64,000 nt of DNA, from positions 50,864-114,863 of the forward strand of contig WSXW01000002.1 of NCBI GenBank assembly GCA_009773495.1, in the 5' to 3' direction. The notes beneath the pieces were generated by a model. The model made no database searches, was not told where the DNA came from, and saw only the letters and a program-made list of their open reading frames with translations. The position numbers and the translations under genes were made by a program. Numbering within the stretch: position 1 is the first letter of the stretch; every line of letters begins with the position of its first letter. This DNA comes from Bacillota bacterium. Its GTDB lineage: Bacteria > Bacillota > UBA994. Shown here one piece after another: positions 28,147 through 39,499 of the stretch.

Positions 28147-28959
28147 TTACTTTCCAGCTAGTGTAATCATGGCACGCAAGCCCTGAAACGCAGTCACATA
28201 GTTGTCGGCTGTATAATCCACAGTGCGCCCGTCAACCCGTACTGAGCCGGGTAAGAAGTTGGCAGCATCAGCCATGCCAGCGTTTAGAAACTCTAGGCGC
28301 ATGGTGACCGGCATACCAAATACTAGAGGCTTCACATCGCCGCGTTGTCTGAGGGCAGCTTCAGCTTGGTGTCTGATCAGGTCAACTGCTTTGGTGGGGT
28401 GCATGTTCTTAGCGCTATATCTCGTGATTGCCTCCTTCACGGCAGCGACTTGAATGGGACCAAGTATGGACTTGGCCTCTTCGGTTGCGTGCTTATCTCC
28501 GGTAACAAAGACAACTGGTATACCAAAATGCCCAGCCAAACCAGCATTAATGCCGATTTCGCCACAGATTACATCATTAACCCATACAGTGCTCACCACT
28601 GCGCCACTAATAGTATGTGACAGAATACCGTGGGAGTGCATCCGCGCGTGGTAGCCTACAAACATAGCTGCGTCACAGTCTGTAGCAATGCCTTCCATCA
28701 TCATCATTGGCTTTGGTGTACCTAAGATAACCTGAGCCTGATGGTGAATGTCGCGGGCGAGGATATTGTTCATTCCTCCATGAGAATCATTTATTACAAC
28801 TTCTGTAGCACCTGCTGCTAAAGCACCCTCGACTGCTGCGTTGACTTCATCTGTCATTTGCTTGCGGGCTTCGTCATAGGTCTTTCCACCGTGTCCGGTA
28901 CTGTCGCTGTTGACTACGCCACAAACACCTTCGATATCCACGCTAATAAATACTTTCAT
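28147..28959 (-). CDS. dppA: D-aminopeptidase, M55 family
   Basis: MKVFISVDIEG, NDSHG, GYHA, LSHT, VTGD. Confidence 0.93.
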   Translation of the reverse strand: MKVFISVDIEGVCGVVNSDSTGHGGKTYDEARKQMTDEVNAAVEGALAAGATEVVINDSHGGMNNILARDIHHQAQVILGTPKPMMMMEGIATDCDAAMFVGYHARMHSHGILSHTISGAVVSTVWVNDVICGEIGINAGLAGHFGIPVVFVTGDKHATEEAKSILGPIQVAAVKEAITRYSAKNMHPTKAVDLIRHQAEAALRQRGDVKPLVFGMPVTMRLEFLNAGMADAANFLPGSVRVDGRTVDYTADNYVTAFQGLRAMITLAGK

Positions 28960-29170
28960 TTGGTCACTCTCCTCAAAATAGTCGCTAGTCACTTGTCGCG
29001 TGATGTCGGCCATACGCAATCTTTTATTTTTTCCACAGTCTATCTGTGAATCCTGCTATTAAGGGCGATTATTATACCGGGCAAACCCCAGTGAGTGCCA
29101 GAGAGATTTAATCAGTCTGTAACGAGGGCGGTATCTATTCAGGTTATAATAGAGCAAGGGGGTGACGAAA

Positions 29171-30145
29171 ATGCGATTTGGGTTGAAATTACTGTCTATC
29201 GTGCTGCTCGTATTTTTGGTCACCGTAGGTTGCGTCAACACTAATGGCAGGCATATCCCGCCTTCCTTGCTACAGTCAATTTCGATTAATTCGGTGGAAT
29301 ACACAGCTTATGGCGATGCTGGATACGTAACGGTGTTTGTGCTGGAACGAGCCACAAGCTACTTAGTACCAGTTAGCTTAAGTAAACCAGCAGATGTACA
29401 GCCTATTGACTATGCGATTGCCATACTAAACGGGGATGTTGAGGTTCCTGGGTTTCGTACTTTTGGGACGGTGCAGGCCAGAATAGAACGCGCCTCGTTT
29501 GTCGACGGTTTAGTAACTCTTGAAATGCCGAGCGGTTTTCAGAGCTGGGTAATGCGGAACCTAGTAGACGAACGGAACTTTGTCCAAGCGACAGTGCTCA
29601 CCCTGACCGGATTTGTAGATGTAGAGGCTATACAGTTTTTTTCTAACGGCAGAGAAGTCCATGGTACGGTTTTTGTTTATCCTATGGATAGGCCAATTTT
29701 AAGGCCTCAAGTGGTAAACACAGCACCGAGCTCAGGACTTAGCGCAATTCTATATGTGCGCCTGCGCAGTGCTAACTTGCTGGTACCTTATACAAAGCTA
29801 GTGGAGAGGCGTGATCCACTGTGGGTACTTAATGAATTGTTCAAATTTAAAGGCAGCGATAACTTGGTTTCGCCCATACCAGGAACACTTATAGTTAAGG
29901 GATTGCGCATTGAGGACGGTACGGCGCTGCTCAATTTAGACAAAAGCGCGGTAACTCATATTATGCAAGGTGCTTTGGATGAGCAGTTGGTATTAGATGC
30001 AATAGTGCATACCCTGCTCGAGTTCTCCGAGATACGGCAGGTCCAGATATTAATTGACGGTAGAGTATTAGGCCCGCTGAGTACAAATATTGATTTGAGC
30101 AGAGCAATCGGCAAGACGCCCATTAACCAGCTTATTATTCCATAA
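29171..30145 (+). CDS. GerMN-domain lipoprotein
   Basis: Lipobox VGC; two repeats ending V.TL..F..V/I..V/IQ...[ND]G. Confidence 0.85.
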   Translation: MRFGLKLLSIVLLVFLVTVGCVNTNGRHIPPSLLQSISINSVEYTAYGDAGYVTVFVLERATSYLVPVSLSKPADVQPIDYAIAILNGDVEVPGFRTFGTVQARIERASFVDGLVTLEMPSGFQSWVMRNLVDERNFVQATVLTLTGFVDVEAIQFFSNGREVHGTVFVYPMDRPILRPQVVNTAPSSGLSAILYVRLRSANLLVPYTKLVERRDPLWVLNELFKFKGSDNLVSPIPGTLIVKGLRIEDGTALLNLDKSAVTHIMQGALDEQLVLDAIVHTLLEFSEIRQVQILIDGRVLGPLSTNIDLSRAIGKTPINQLIIP

Positions 30146-30200
30146 GATGTATACAATAATGAGTCACCTACGTGGTATCATGAAGCGGGGGTGACTTTAT

Positions 30201-32402
30201 ATGCGTTCACGACTCGTTCAGATAGGTTTAGCTGTGATAAGTGCGGTATTATTAATCGGTTGCGGGCGCCAAAGCATTCCGGCGGTAGCTATGGGGGTAA
30301 ACCTAGGTCAGGCCTTGCGCTCACAGGGTGGGTACTACGTGCCATTAGCCACAACGGCAGCCACCATTATGGCACGCGTAGTTGTTGACGCCTCCAATGG
30401 CACTATCGAAATGATTTACGATGATGGTTTTCGTAGTATGTATTCCACTGATGACGAGAAATTTATCATCAGTGATGGGCTAGCCTACGTTGAGTTGCAT
30501 GCTGTACCGGCACTACTGGGGTTAGCCGGTAGTGTAAGTAATCAGGCCCTCAGCCTGGAGTTTGTGCGACCAAACCTGACGGTGCACTTAACAGACCAAG
30601 GACTAACCCTTGATGCCACATCGGCGATCAGTTATCAAGGCACTTGGTCAGACGATGGTCACTATGAGCTTGTGGTACCAGGTGCAGCCGTTGTTGGCGA
30701 TACGGATAAATCTCTCGACATAAGTTATAGCGCTTTTACTCAAGTTAATGTGAGGGTAAGGTCCGGTGACCTATACATTACTTTTAGTGGTTCCCGCGTA
30801 GCTGGGTATGAGCCTAGCGTTTACTTCAATTCAGGACGAACTAGTGCGATTATTGATTGGCCTAGGCCGCTTGATGCGCCTATTAGTGTTAGTGAATCAG
30901 GACGTAATACGTTAGGACTCGTAGTTCCAGAAGGCCGGGTTGTGGTCGTTTTGCCCGAACCGGAAATTAAAAGTACTCCCACAGTGCGTTTACGCCGACG
31001 CGCTGACCTCCGGGCTGGGCCTAGTACTTATTTTCCTGTGGCAAAGGCCGGGGTTTCTTCTGGATCAGAGGGTACCATGTTGGAGCATACACCAGGGTGG
31101 GTTAAGGCAAGCGTACAAGGATATGAAGGCTGGTTTCGGGATGTAGAGGTGTCTATTAGTGTAAAAAGCCCTAATTTTCCTCTTACCTTGCGTAGCAGCA
31201 TCAGGCTTACATCAGATGTAGTTGGAGTCATCGCCGCTAATGCAGACATTGTGCTGCGAGAAAAGGTTGATGGGGGTTACCTGGTCTCAGTTCCAGGGCA
31301 AGATATGCAAGGGTATATGCTAGACGGCCAGCTATTTCTGGACAAGCTGCTTTATTATCGGCCCCGTGGATTGACAAATGTGATTAGATTTGCGATTATG
31401 GGGTCTTTGCCTCCTGCCGAGATCCACACCGTGTATAGCATATTCCAAATTGCCGACATAGTTGTACATGAGGGCAGCACCATTTTTACAGTGTCTGTGC
31501 CGACGCTCATGAATCTGCATCTAGAACAGCAAGGTCCAAGTCTTAGTATTGCAGCAGGTATAGTACTAGATAGTGTTGATATTACCGAGGTGGCCAGCGG
31601 GCAACAACTCGCCTTTAACGTAGACGGAGCACATGAGCTTTATGTCAGTCGCACATTAACTGGGCTAATCATAACGCTGCCGTATGCCTCCTTAAGTTCG
31701 AGTTTTATGCAGCCTTCACCCACTGGCGCTATAACTGCAATAACAGTGGTTCAGCAGGCAGGCGGCGTTGAGCTCGCAGTGACCCTGCAGAGCCCGCTAG
31801 CCTACAGGATTTACGATTCACGCTTGGTCACCGTCATGTCTTCTCACATAGCAGGGAAAACTATAGTGATTGACCCGGGCCATGGAGGGCGAGACCCCGG
31901 TGCGATCGGCAAGCTGGGCTGGAATGAGAAGGATTATACGCTAGATATTGCATTGCTTCTTGCCAGCGAACTAAAGAGGATGGGCGCGCTCCCCATATTG
32001 ACTCATGAGGGCATTGCGCCAGAAAAAAAGGTTATGAATGAGGAACGCCTATTGATAATTAATCAGCTTCAGAATGACCTCTTCGTGAGCATTCATTTAA
32101 ATGCTTTTAGCATGTCGAGCTTAGGGGGCGCTGAAACTTATTATAGGAATAGTGAGGAGAACCTGCGGCTAGCAAGACTTCTTCAGAATGGCATGGCAAA
32201 CGCAGGGCTACGCAATCGGAGGGTCATTGATAATCAAACTCTAGCGCTGCTACGGAGGGGGCAACCTCCGGGGGTTTTGTTAGAGGTTGCCTATATAACC
32301 AATCCAGACGATGAACGTCTGCTCAAAGACGTGAGTCGCAGAAAAAAACTGGCGGCTGAGCTCGCTGAAGCTATTGAAGCTTTTTTTGCTAGCCATAAAT
32401 GA
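30201..32402 (+). CDS. Multidomain N-acetylmuramoyl-L-alanine amidase (lipoprotein, SH3-like domains plus Amidase_3)
   Basis: LIGC lipobox; LRAGPST; IDPGHGGRDPGA, EKD, SIHLNA, LEVAYITN. Confidence 0.88.
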   Translation: MRSRLVQIGLAVISAVLLIGCGRQSIPAVAMGVNLGQALRSQGGYYVPLATTAATIMARVVVDASNGTIEMIYDDGFRSMYSTDDEKFIISDGLAYVELHAVPALLGLAGSVSNQALSLEFVRPNLTVHLTDQGLTLDATSAISYQGTWSDDGHYELVVPGAAVVGDTDKSLDISYSAFTQVNVRVRSGDLYITFSGSRVAGYEPSVYFNSGRTSAIIDWPRPLDAPISVSESGRNTLGLVVPEGRVVVVLPEPEIKSTPTVRLRRRADLRAGPSTYFPVAKAGVSSGSEGTMLEHTPGWVKASVQGYEGWFRDVEVSISVKSPNFPLTLRSSIRLTSDVVGVIAANADIVLREKVDGGYLVSVPGQDMQGYMLDGQLFLDKLLYYRPRGLTNVIRFAIMGSLPPAEIHTVYSIFQIADIVVHEGSTIFTVSVPTLMNLHLEQQGPSLSIAAGIVLDSVDITEVASGQQLAFNVDGAHELYVSRTLTGLIITLPYASLSSSFMQPSPTGAITAITVVQQAGGVELAVTLQSPLAYRIYDSRLVTVMSSHIAGKTIVIDPGHGGRDPGAIGKLGWNEKDYTLDIALLLASELKRMGALPILTHEGIAPEKKVMNEERLLIINQLQNDLFVSIHLNAFSMSSLGGAETYYRNSEENLRLARLLQNGMANAGLRNRRVIDNQTLALLRRGQPPGVLLEVAYITNPDDERLLKDVSRRKKLAAELAEAIEAFFASHK

Positions 32403-32476
32403 CCGTATTTTCTGATTATAAGTTAAAAGAGTGAGGTATATTGACGGGAGCACTAAGTTCTGGTAAACTTTACGTG

Positions 32477-32496
32477 ATATTCGATAGTCGAAATAT
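32477..32496. promoter_or_regulatory. Putative MarR autoregulatory operator downstream of a sigA promoter
   Basis: ATATTCGA-TAG-TCGAAATAT palindrome after TTGACG-N17-TAAACT. Confidence 0.5.
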
Positions 32497-32528
32497 GGCG
32501 AGGAAAATTATAAGGGGGGAAAACGAAC

Positions 32529-32981
32529 ATGGTAGAGTTTGAAAATCACGTCGAGGACGTTGAAAGACTAATAAGGACCGTCAGTGCTATCATTAAGAAG
32601 AGGGGTCGCGAAATCTTAGCAGATTTTGATATTACTCCTCCTCAGTTTAACGCTTTGCTCACTCTTATCCAGTCAGGCAGCCTAACTATTGGCGAGCTAG
32701 GTGAACGCATGTATTTAGCATGTAGTACCGCTACGGACTTGGTAGACCGTATGGAGCGTAATGGGTTAGTTGCACGCGAGCGTGATACTAACGATCGTCG
32801 GGTTATCCGACTAAAGGTTTTGGAACGTGGCCATCAAATGCTAGACGAGGTTATGATGGCACGTAAGCGCTATCTCTCTAGCGTTTTAGAAAAAATCTCT
32901 GGAGACGAGATTAAGGCAATGATAGTAGCGTTGGTTCATTTATCTGAACTTATGACTCAAGAAGAAGTGGCACAAGATTAG
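32529..32981 (+). CDS. MarR family transcriptional regulator
   Basis: ITPPQF..L, LACSTATDLVDRME..GLV.R......DRR. Confidence 0.93.
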   Translation: MVEFENHVEDVERLIRTVSAIIKKRGREILADFDITPPQFNALLTLIQSGSLTIGELGERMYLACSTATDLVDRMERNGLVARERDTNDRRVIRLKVLERGHQMLDEVMMARKRYLSSVLEKISGDEIKAMIVALVHLSELMTQEEVAQD

Positions 32982-33105
32982 CCTGCGAGAGCAGGCTTTT
33001 TCTGTATGAACCCAGGAGGCTCGGGTAAGGTATTAAGGGGAAATGAGACCACGTACCAATAAGCAGCATATGATATAGCATCTTTGTTTTGAGGCGGTGC
33101 ACATC

Positions 33106-33918
33106 TTGAGCGCAATTGGATTATTTGATTCCGGTGTGGGTGGATTGTCAGTTCTAAGAAGACTGTTGCAGGCAATGCCAGGTAGAGACTACAGGTATTT
33201 TGCAGATTCATTTCACATGCCTTATGGTTCTAGGTCAACTGAGAATATCGAGAATATAGTTATGGCAATATGTGATTTTTTGATAGGTCAGGGATGTAAG
33301 GCTATAGTTATGGCCTGCAATACATCATCCGCCTTAGCCTTAGCTAAAGTACGTGGGCGGTACGATATCCCCATTATAGGTGTGCTTGAACCGGGTGCAC
33401 GCGCGGCAGTTAATGCTACCCGCAACGGGAAGATAGGTGTCATGGCAACCGAAGGCACGGTTCGTTCAGGGGCCTACCTGCGGGCGGTGCATTGGCTTCG
33501 CACAGATTGTATAGTGTACAGTCAGCCATGCCCTAAGCTAGCTCCTCTCGTTGAACGTGGTCATTTTGGTGGCTCAGAAGTAATGTCGGCCTTGACGGAA
33601 TATGTACCACCCTTGTTAGCACAAGGGGTTGACACTATTGTCATGGGTTGCACACACTATCCCTTCTTGTATGAAGCGATTGCAAAGTTGTTACCGCCAG
33701 GAGTATGTATAGTTGACCCAGCCCTAGAGACGGTGTCCGAGGTAATGGCTATACTCGGTGCAACGCCTTTAGCGGGTGCAACCAACCTCTCTTTTTACGC
33801 CTCGGGATCTGTCGAAGACTTTATGAGAGTGGGTAGAGGGCTGATTGGTGTTGTACCAAACGCTCAGAAAGTATATTTTCGGGAACATCCGACCGGATTA
33901 ACTGTCGAGCTCGAATAA
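33106..33918 (+). CDS. murI: Glutamate racemase
   Basis: FDSGVGGLSV, PYG, ACNT, GCTHYP; start at 33097 or 33106. Confidence 0.96.
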   Translation: MSAIGLFDSGVGGLSVLRRLLQAMPGRDYRYFADSFHMPYGSRSTENIENIVMAICDFLIGQGCKAIVMACNTSSALALAKVRGRYDIPIIGVLEPGARAAVNATRNGKIGVMATEGTVRSGAYLRAVHWLRTDCIVYSQPCPKLAPLVERGHFGGSEVMSALTEYVPPLLAQGVDTIVMGCTHYPFLYEAIAKLLPPGVCIVDPALETVSEVMAILGATPLAGATNLSFYASGSVEDFMRVGRGLIGVVPNAQKVYFREHPTGLTVELE

Positions 33919-33973
33919 GCAAGTCTATCCTCGCATATCCATGTATGGAAAATGAAACGCGAGGAGGCTCTCC

Positions 33974-35029
33974 ATGAATAATAGAAGGCTTGTGAGACTG
34001 CTAGCTTTAGTTGTGCTAATTGCGTTGTCTGCCTCTTTGTTGGTAGGCTGTTTACCCTGGCCTTTTAAGAAAAACTCAACAACAGTACTTACTCCCGGAG
34101 TGGAGATACGCATAGGCAGCTTTATTCCAATATCGTTGCCAGTCATGAATGCTGCTCAAGCGCATCAGCGCACGTTGTGGGTGTGGGATCATACTAAAAA
34201 ATACGTTGTTCCTTTTGTATTGAGTGTTCCCAAGGTTGACGGCGTGGCTCGTGAAGCTATTAACCGCATTATAGACTCACCGGTTAATAGGCAATCCATT
34301 GGCAGTACTGGGCTGAAACTGCCACTGCCAGAAGGTACAGCCGTCAGAGGATTGACGATTCGAGACGGGTTAGCTAAGGTTGATTTTAGCGAGGAGTTTC
34401 TTCGCTACTCGACCGCTAGGGAGAAGCTCGTGGTCGATGCCGTAGTCTTAACACTAACCGAATTTCCCAATGTAGACCAGGTTCAAATTATGGTTGGGGG
34501 CAAGACAATTCCTAAGCTTCCCGGTGGCACAGACCTTGATAAGCCTATTCGCAGATCTAATATAAAGATCAACCCTGAGGCCGCGACTAGCATGTCTAGC
34601 CAAGGTACGCCGGTAACCCTGTATTTTAGTGCCGTTAGCACTGAGAACTATATTTACTTCGTGCCAGTAACACGGAGCATTGCCAATACAGATAACGTGC
34701 TAGTGGCAGTAGTTAACGAGCTAATTGCGGGTCCTGCAGAGGGCAGCGGTCTGCTCCGTGACGTGCCTGCAACAGCGAAGGTTAAGAGCGCCAGACTCAG
34801 TGCGATGAGGGTCGCAGAGCTTGACCTGACCGCTGAAATCTACAATTTCGGAAAGGGAGCCATTGCCGAAATGGCAATGCTTGGTTCGATTATTCTCGCC
34901 TTAACAGAGCAGAAGGACGTAACTGGTGTCAAAATAACAGTTGACGGTAAAACACCTATAATGCCCGCGGGAACAGATGTAAGCAAACCCGTACTTAGAC
35001 CAATGTTCGTTAATCCATTTATTTTTTAG
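33974..35029 (+). CDS. gerM: Spore germination lipoprotein GerM
   Basis: Lipobox LVGC; two GerMN domains; conserved position between murI and rph. Confidence 0.85.
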   Translation: MNNRRLVRLLALVVLIALSASLLVGCLPWPFKKNSTTVLTPGVEIRIGSFIPISLPVMNAAQAHQRTLWVWDHTKKYVVPFVLSVPKVDGVAREAINRIIDSPVNRQSIGSTGLKLPLPEGTAVRGLTIRDGLAKVDFSEEFLRYSTAREKLVVDAVVLTLTEFPNVDQVQIMVGGKTIPKLPGGTDLDKPIRRSNIKINPEAATSMSSQGTPVTLYFSAVSTENYIYFVPVTRSIANTDNVLVAVVNELIAGPAEGSGLLRDVPATAKVKSARLSAMRVAELDLTAEIYNFGKGAIAEMAMLGSIILALTEQKDVTGVKITVDGKTPIMPAGTDVSKPVLRPMFVNPFIF

Positions 35030-35086
35030 CCTGTACCGGCGGTTAACCGCCGTTTTTCTTGAAAAAGTCATGGACAAGTAAGGAGG

Positions 35087-35863
35087 ATGCCAATGCGAGT
35101 TGACGGAAGACAGCCACAGCAGTTGAGGACAGTGACGTTTACTAGAGGATTTATAAGTTCTGCCGATGGTTCCGTGTTAGTGGAAATGGGTAGAACTCGT
35201 GTCATTTGCACAATCTCTGTAGAGGATAAGGTCCCGCCCTTTATGAAGAACATGGGCAAGGGCTGGGTTACTGCGGAGTATGCCATGCTACCGAGAGCAA
35301 CCCAAGTGCGCACACCAAGGGAGAGCACCAAGGGCCGAGTGGGTGGTCGCACCTATGAGATACAGCGCCTTATCGGCAGAGCGCTGCGTTCTGTTGTAGA
35401 CTTAGAGGCCATAGGGGAGCGAACAATTTGGGTGGACTGCGACGTTATTGAGGCAGATGGTGGAACTCGCACGGCCTCTATTACGGGTGCATTTGTAGCA
35501 CTGTGTGACGCCATGCATAAGCTATATGTGCAGGGGTTAGTAAAGAAATTCCCTGTGACAAGTTTTCTGGCGGCTGTTAGCGTGGGAGTGGTAGAAGGCG
35601 TCTCGCTGCTTGATTTGTTTTATCCGGAAGATTCTGCGGCAGATGTAGATATGAACGTAGTGATGACCGGGGATGGCAGATTCGTCGAAGTCCAGGGCAC
35701 CGGAGAAGAGGCCACATTTAGCCGCGAAGAATTAGCGGAGCTCCTAAAGTTAGCGGAGCAGGGCATTACACAATTAATAGCCATGCAAAAGCAAGTATTG
35801 GGAGAAATCGCAGATTTAGTTGGAGGGGCACATGGAGAGAATAGTGCTGGCCAGCACAAATAA
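35087..35863 (+). CDS. rph: Ribonuclease PH
   Basis: [38 protein letters not shown]. Confidence 0.98.
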   Translation: MPMRVDGRQPQQLRTVTFTRGFISSADGSVLVEMGRTRVICTISVEDKVPPFMKNMGKGWVTAEYAMLPRATQVRTPRESTKGRVGGRTYEIQRLIGRALRSVVDLEAIGERTIWVDCDVIEADGGTRTASITGAFVALCDAMHKLYVQGLVKKFPVTSFLAAVSVGVVEGVSLLDLFYPEDSAADVDMNVVMTGDGRFVEVQGTGEEATFSREELAELLKLAEQGITQLIAMQKQVLGEIADLVGGAHGENSAGQHK

Positions 35864-36425
35864 AGGTAAGCTAAGGGAATTTGGAGACGCCTTTAACGCC
35901 TTAGGAATCGAGGTTGCATCCATAGGCCAGTACATTTCAGGGTGGGACGTCGAAGAGAATGGCGCAACATTCTATGCAAATGCTCAAATCAAGGCCGAGG
36001 CGGCAATGGAAATGACGGGCCTACCCTCCTTAGCGGACGATTCTGGGCTATCGGTGTATTACATGGGGGGCGCGCCCGGAGTTTATTCTCAGCGTTATGC
36101 AGGCGAAAATTCTACCGATCAACTGAATAACGAGCTATTATTAGACCGACTAGCGTATGCAAAAAACTATCGGCAGGCACACTTCACTGCAGTGCTAGCT
36201 TATGCGGCGCCAGGTGCTGTAACCCACTTTGCCTTAGGCAGATTATACGGCAGCATAACTACTGCACCGCGCGGTGACGCTGGGTTCGGGTATGATCCCC
36301 TCTTTGAAATCCGCGGCAGCACAAAGACGCTAGCGGAGATTACGCTTGAGGAAAAAAATAGGATTAGTCATCGAGCGCTGGCATTGCGTTCATTGTTCAA
36401 AGCTTGTGGTGCGTTCCGTGGCTAA
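35832..36425 (+). CDS. rdgB: Non-canonical purine NTP pyrophosphatase (Ham1/RdgB)
   Basis: [29 protein letters not shown]. Confidence 0.95.
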   Translation: MERIVLASTNKGKLREFGDAFNALGIEVASIGQYISGWDVEENGATFYANAQIKAEAAMEMTGLPSLADDSGLSVYYMGGAPGVYSQRYAGENSTDQLNNELLLDRLAYAKNYRQAHFTAVLAYAAPGAVTHFALGRLYGSITTAPRGDAGFGYDPLFEIRGSTKTLAEITLEEKNRISHRALALRSLFKACGAFRG

Positions 36426-36912
36426 ATTGGTGCGAATAGGCGTTCTCAGCGATTCTCATGGTGATTTCCCGTCGCTCGAGGGAGCTTTGTCAATTATGGG
36501 AGAAATTGACTTTGTTTTACATGCTGGAGACTATTTGCGCGACAGCATGCGCCTATCTCGGGTGCTTACCATACCTGTCATTGGAGTAGCGGGAAACTGT
36601 GATACCTTGCATCATCCTACTGAAGAAATAATAGAACTAGGTGGGCAGCGTTTTTTTATTGCGCATGGTCATCACCACGGAGTCAAGGCAGATACGTCCG
36701 GCATAATTCATGCTGCGCGCCGTCATAGAGTGGATGTAGCAATTTACGGGCATACTCATGTGCCAGCACTTTTCGTCCAGTATGGCATCTTGTTTCTAAA
36801 TCCCGGGTCAACCTCTGCCGGCCGCAAAGGCACGACAAGTAGTTGTGCAATATTAACTATTGAGGACACGCGAGTTGACGCAGCATTTTTAACACTCAAA
36901 AATGCCAAATAG
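36418..36912 (+). CDS. YfcE/YsnB family metallophosphoesterase
   Basis: SDSHG, HAGD, GNCD, HGH, GHTH, NPGS. Confidence 0.92.
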   Translation: MAKLVRIGVLSDSHGDFPSLEGALSIMGEIDFVLHAGDYLRDSMRLSRVLTIPVIGVAGNCDTLHHPTEEIIELGGQRFFIAHGHHHGVKADTSGIIHAARRHRVDVAIYGHTHVPALFVQYGILFLNPGSTSAGRKGTTSSCAILTIEDTRVDAAFLTLKNAK

Positions 36913-36959
36913 AGCACATTGATATTTTCGCGTGACATGGTACAATATTAAATGCGTGT

Positions 36960-37035
<76 letters not shown>

Positions 37036-37043
37036 TTTTACTA

Positions 37044-37077
37044 GAAGTTTGAGGTTGGATGTTGGAACTTGATACCT
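37044..37077. repeat. Degenerate heptamer run between tRNA genes
   Basis: GAAGTTT-GAGGTTG-GATGTTG-GAACTTG. Confidence 0.5.
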
Positions 37078-37149
37078 AGCGGCTGGACCCCAAGAACTGC
37101 TCATTGCAACGCGCAAGTATTTCTGTTAATATTAAGTTCGCGCTAACAT

Positions 37150-37227
37150 GGTGGATATAGCTCAGGTGGTTAGAGCACCAGATTGTGGCTCTGGGGGCCG
37201 TGGGTTCGAGTCCCATTATCCACCCCA
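37150..37227 (+). tRNA. tRNA-His (anticodon GTG)
   Basis: Encoded G-1, GTGGATA...TATCCAC-C-CCA; loop TT-GTG-GC. Confidence 0.95.
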
Positions 37228-37233
37228 TTTTAT

Positions 37234-37310
37234 GCGCCCGTAGCTCAGCTGGATAGAGTAACGGACTACGAATCCGGGGGTCGCAGGTTCAAATCCTGCC
37301 GGGCGCGCCA
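37234..37310 (+). tRNA. tRNA-Arg (anticodon ACG)
   Basis: GCGCCCG...CGGGCGC-G-CCA; loop CT-ACG-AA. Confidence 0.95.
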
Positions 37311-37341
37311 TAAAACAGCCAAGGCCACGCGAGATTCGATT

Positions 37342-37444
37342 GTTCCTCGTTCTTAGTTCCTCGTTGCTTAGAACGGACTCACTTCTTAGGAACGCGCTCC
37401 ACTAGGAACGAAACTCCACTAGGAACGCTCTCTACGAGGAACGC
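37342..37444. repeat. GTTCCT/AGGAAC repeat module (7-mers plus 16-17-bp tandem units)
   Basis: GTTCCTC-GTTCTTA-GTTCCTC-GTTGC, then TAGGAACGCGCTCCAC / TAGGAACGAAACTCCAC / TAGGAACGCTCTCTAC / GAGGAACGC. Confidence 0.8.
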
Positions 37445-37585
37445 TTATCGCCCTAATAACATATTTGTCGAGTGTGGGTTTAACCCCGCTTACCATTGTG
37501 GTAAGCTTTTTTTATGCTATAATGTAGTGGTTAAACTAGGCTCTATGCCCAATACCTTATTATTTGCACTGAGGAGGACCCTGTT

Positions 37586-38881
37586 TTGAAAATTGATGTA
37601 AAGAAGCTCGAACAGAACAAAATACAGTTTGAGGTGACCGTCGAAGAGGCCGCAGTGGCGCGTGCTTTAGACAGCGCTTACAAGAAGGTTGTAGCAAAGG
37701 TCAACATGCCCGGTTTCCGTCGCGGCAAGGTTCCGCGTCCGATTTTGGAGGCTCGGTACGGTGTTGAAGTTCTTTATGAAGAAGCCATTGATATATTGCT
37801 TCCTGAGGCCTATGCAAAGGCTTTAGGGGAGTCCAAGGTAGAACCAATCGACCGCCCAGAGATTGATGTCGTTACTTTTGTTAAGGGCGAGGAAGCGAAG
37901 TTCAAGTTCATTGTAGAACTTCCTCCGGAAGTAATCGTCGGAGAATATAAGGGAATAGAAGTAATCAAGCCTCAAGCAGAAGTAGCCGACGAGCAAGTAG
38001 AAAAGGAACTCAAGAAGCTGCAAGAACGTCACACCAGACTTATAAAGTCGCCAGATGGTGTCGTGCAGAATGGTGACACGGCTATTATTGACTATGTTGG
38101 TTCTGTCGATGGTATCGATTTCTCAGGAGGGAGTGCTAAGGGCCATAACCTTGAAATTGGCTCGGGGACCTTTATTCCCGGTTTTGAAGAACAAATTATA
38201 GGTATGGAATGTGGTCAAGAGAGAAACATCGAGGTTATGTTTCCCGCAGACTACCGCGCTACAGAGTTAGCTGGCAAGCTTGCCGTTTTTCAGATTGTAC
38301 TGCATGACATTAAGCGCAAGGAACTTCCGAATTTGGACGACGAATTTGCCAAAGAAATATCGGAGCACGAGAACCTAGAGAGCTTAATCCAAGAAATTCG
38401 TGGCCGCTTGCTTGTCGCAGCCGAAAGCTCTGCCAAGACGCAGCTAGAGAACATTGTTGTTGCAAAAGTAGTAGAGAATTTTGCGGTGGATGTTCCTCAG
38501 CTCTATGCTGAGCGTGAGATTGATTCTATGATTGAAGACATGCGTTACAATATCGAGCGTAGTGGGATGACCCTGGAACAATACTTAGAGTTTTTACAAA
38601 AAACGATGGAAACGCTGCGTGAGGAATTCGCAGGGCACGCGCGTACTCGTGTTAAGACTCGTCTGGTTATAGACAAGATTCGTGAACTAGAGAATATATT
38701 TATAGATGAGGCCGAGCTAGAATCTCACTTAGAGGAGATGGCTAAGCCTTACGGACAAACAGCACTACAGGTGCGCCAGGTTCTCGTGGATCGCGGTCAG
38801 CTTGAAGCTGTGCGCGAGAGCGCTGCGACCGGAAAGACTATAGACTTTTTAGTCAAGGAAGCAGACGTTAAATCGGAATAG
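37586..38881 (+). CDS. tig: Trigger factor
   Basis: PGFRRGKVP ribosome-binding motif; FKBP domain [12 protein letters not shown]. Confidence 0.97.
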   Translation: MKIDVKKLEQNKIQFEVTVEEAAVARALDSAYKKVVAKVNMPGFRRGKVPRPILEARYGVEVLYEEAIDILLPEAYAKALGESKVEPIDRPEIDVVTFVKGEEAKFKFIVELPPEVIVGEYKGIEVIKPQAEVADEQVEKELKKLQERHTRLIKSPDGVVQNGDTAIIDYVGSVDGIDFSGGSAKGHNLEIGSGTFIPGFEEQIIGMECGQERNIEVMFPADYRATELAGKLAVFQIVLHDIKRKELPNLDDEFAKEISEHENLESLIQEIRGRLLVAAESSAKTQLENIVVAKVVENFAVDVPQLYAEREIDSMIEDMRYNIERSGMTLEQYLEFLQKTMETLREEFAGHARTRVKTRLVIDKIRELENIFIDEAELESHLEEMAKPYGQTALQVRQVLVDRGQLEAVRESAATGKTIDFLVKEADVKSE

Positions 38882-38894
38882 GAGGTTTTATGTC

Positions 38895-39482
38895 ATGGGC
38901 TTAATTCCGTTCGTCGTAGAACAAACTAGTCGTGGAGAGCGCAGTTACGATATCTTTTCGCGCTTGCTCAAGGATCGCATCATCATTCTCGGTTCTGCTA
39001 TCGATGACCATGTGGCTAACCTAGTTGTTGCGCAAATGCTGCATCTTGAAGGCGAAGACCCCACAAAGGATATAGAATTATATATCAATAGCCCCGGGGG
39101 TCATATCGACGCGGGTTTAGCCATTTACGACACTATGCAATATATTAAGTCTGACATCCGCACTACTTGTATTGGTATGGCCGCTAGCATGGCCGCAGTC
39201 TTGCTCGCAGCGGGTGCTCCTGGTAAGCGCATGATTCTTCCTAACGCCCGCGTGATGATCCATCAGCCGCATGGTGGCGCGTCAGGGCAGGCAGTCGACA
39301 TAGAGATCCAGGCACGGGAAATATTGCGTATGCGTGAGTCACTTAATAAAATTCTTTCTCACCACACAGGTCAACCCCTGGAGAAGATTGCCAAGGATGT
39401 TGATCGCGATTTCTGGATGACAGCGGAATCCGCAAAGCAATACGGTGTGGTAGACGAGATTCTCGTTAAACGTTCCAAATAG
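38895..39482 (+). CDS. clpP: ATP-dependent Clp protease proteolytic subunit
   Basis: [32 protein letters not shown]. Confidence 0.98.
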   Translation: MGLIPFVVEQTSRGERSYDIFSRLLKDRIIILGSAIDDHVANLVVAQMLHLEGEDPTKDIELYINSPGGHIDAGLAIYDTMQYIKSDIRTTCIGMAASMAAVLLAAGAPGKRMILPNARVMIHQPHGGASGQAVDIEIQAREILRMRESLNKILSHHTGQPLEKIAKDVDRDFWMTAESAKQYGVVDEILVKRSK

Positions 39483-39499
39483 CCGCTAGGAGGTGTTTC

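Noticed and set aside
37387-37444. CRISPR-like mini-array after the tRNAs
   Set aside because: Units are 16-17 bp in tandem with no unique spacers, and no cas genes are present
37465-37513. tRNA T-arm-like sequence GTGGGTTTAACCCCGC upstream of tig
   Set aside because: No cloverleaf; better explained as a terminator hairpin (GCTTACCA-ttg-TGGTAAGC plus T-run) overlapping the tig promoter
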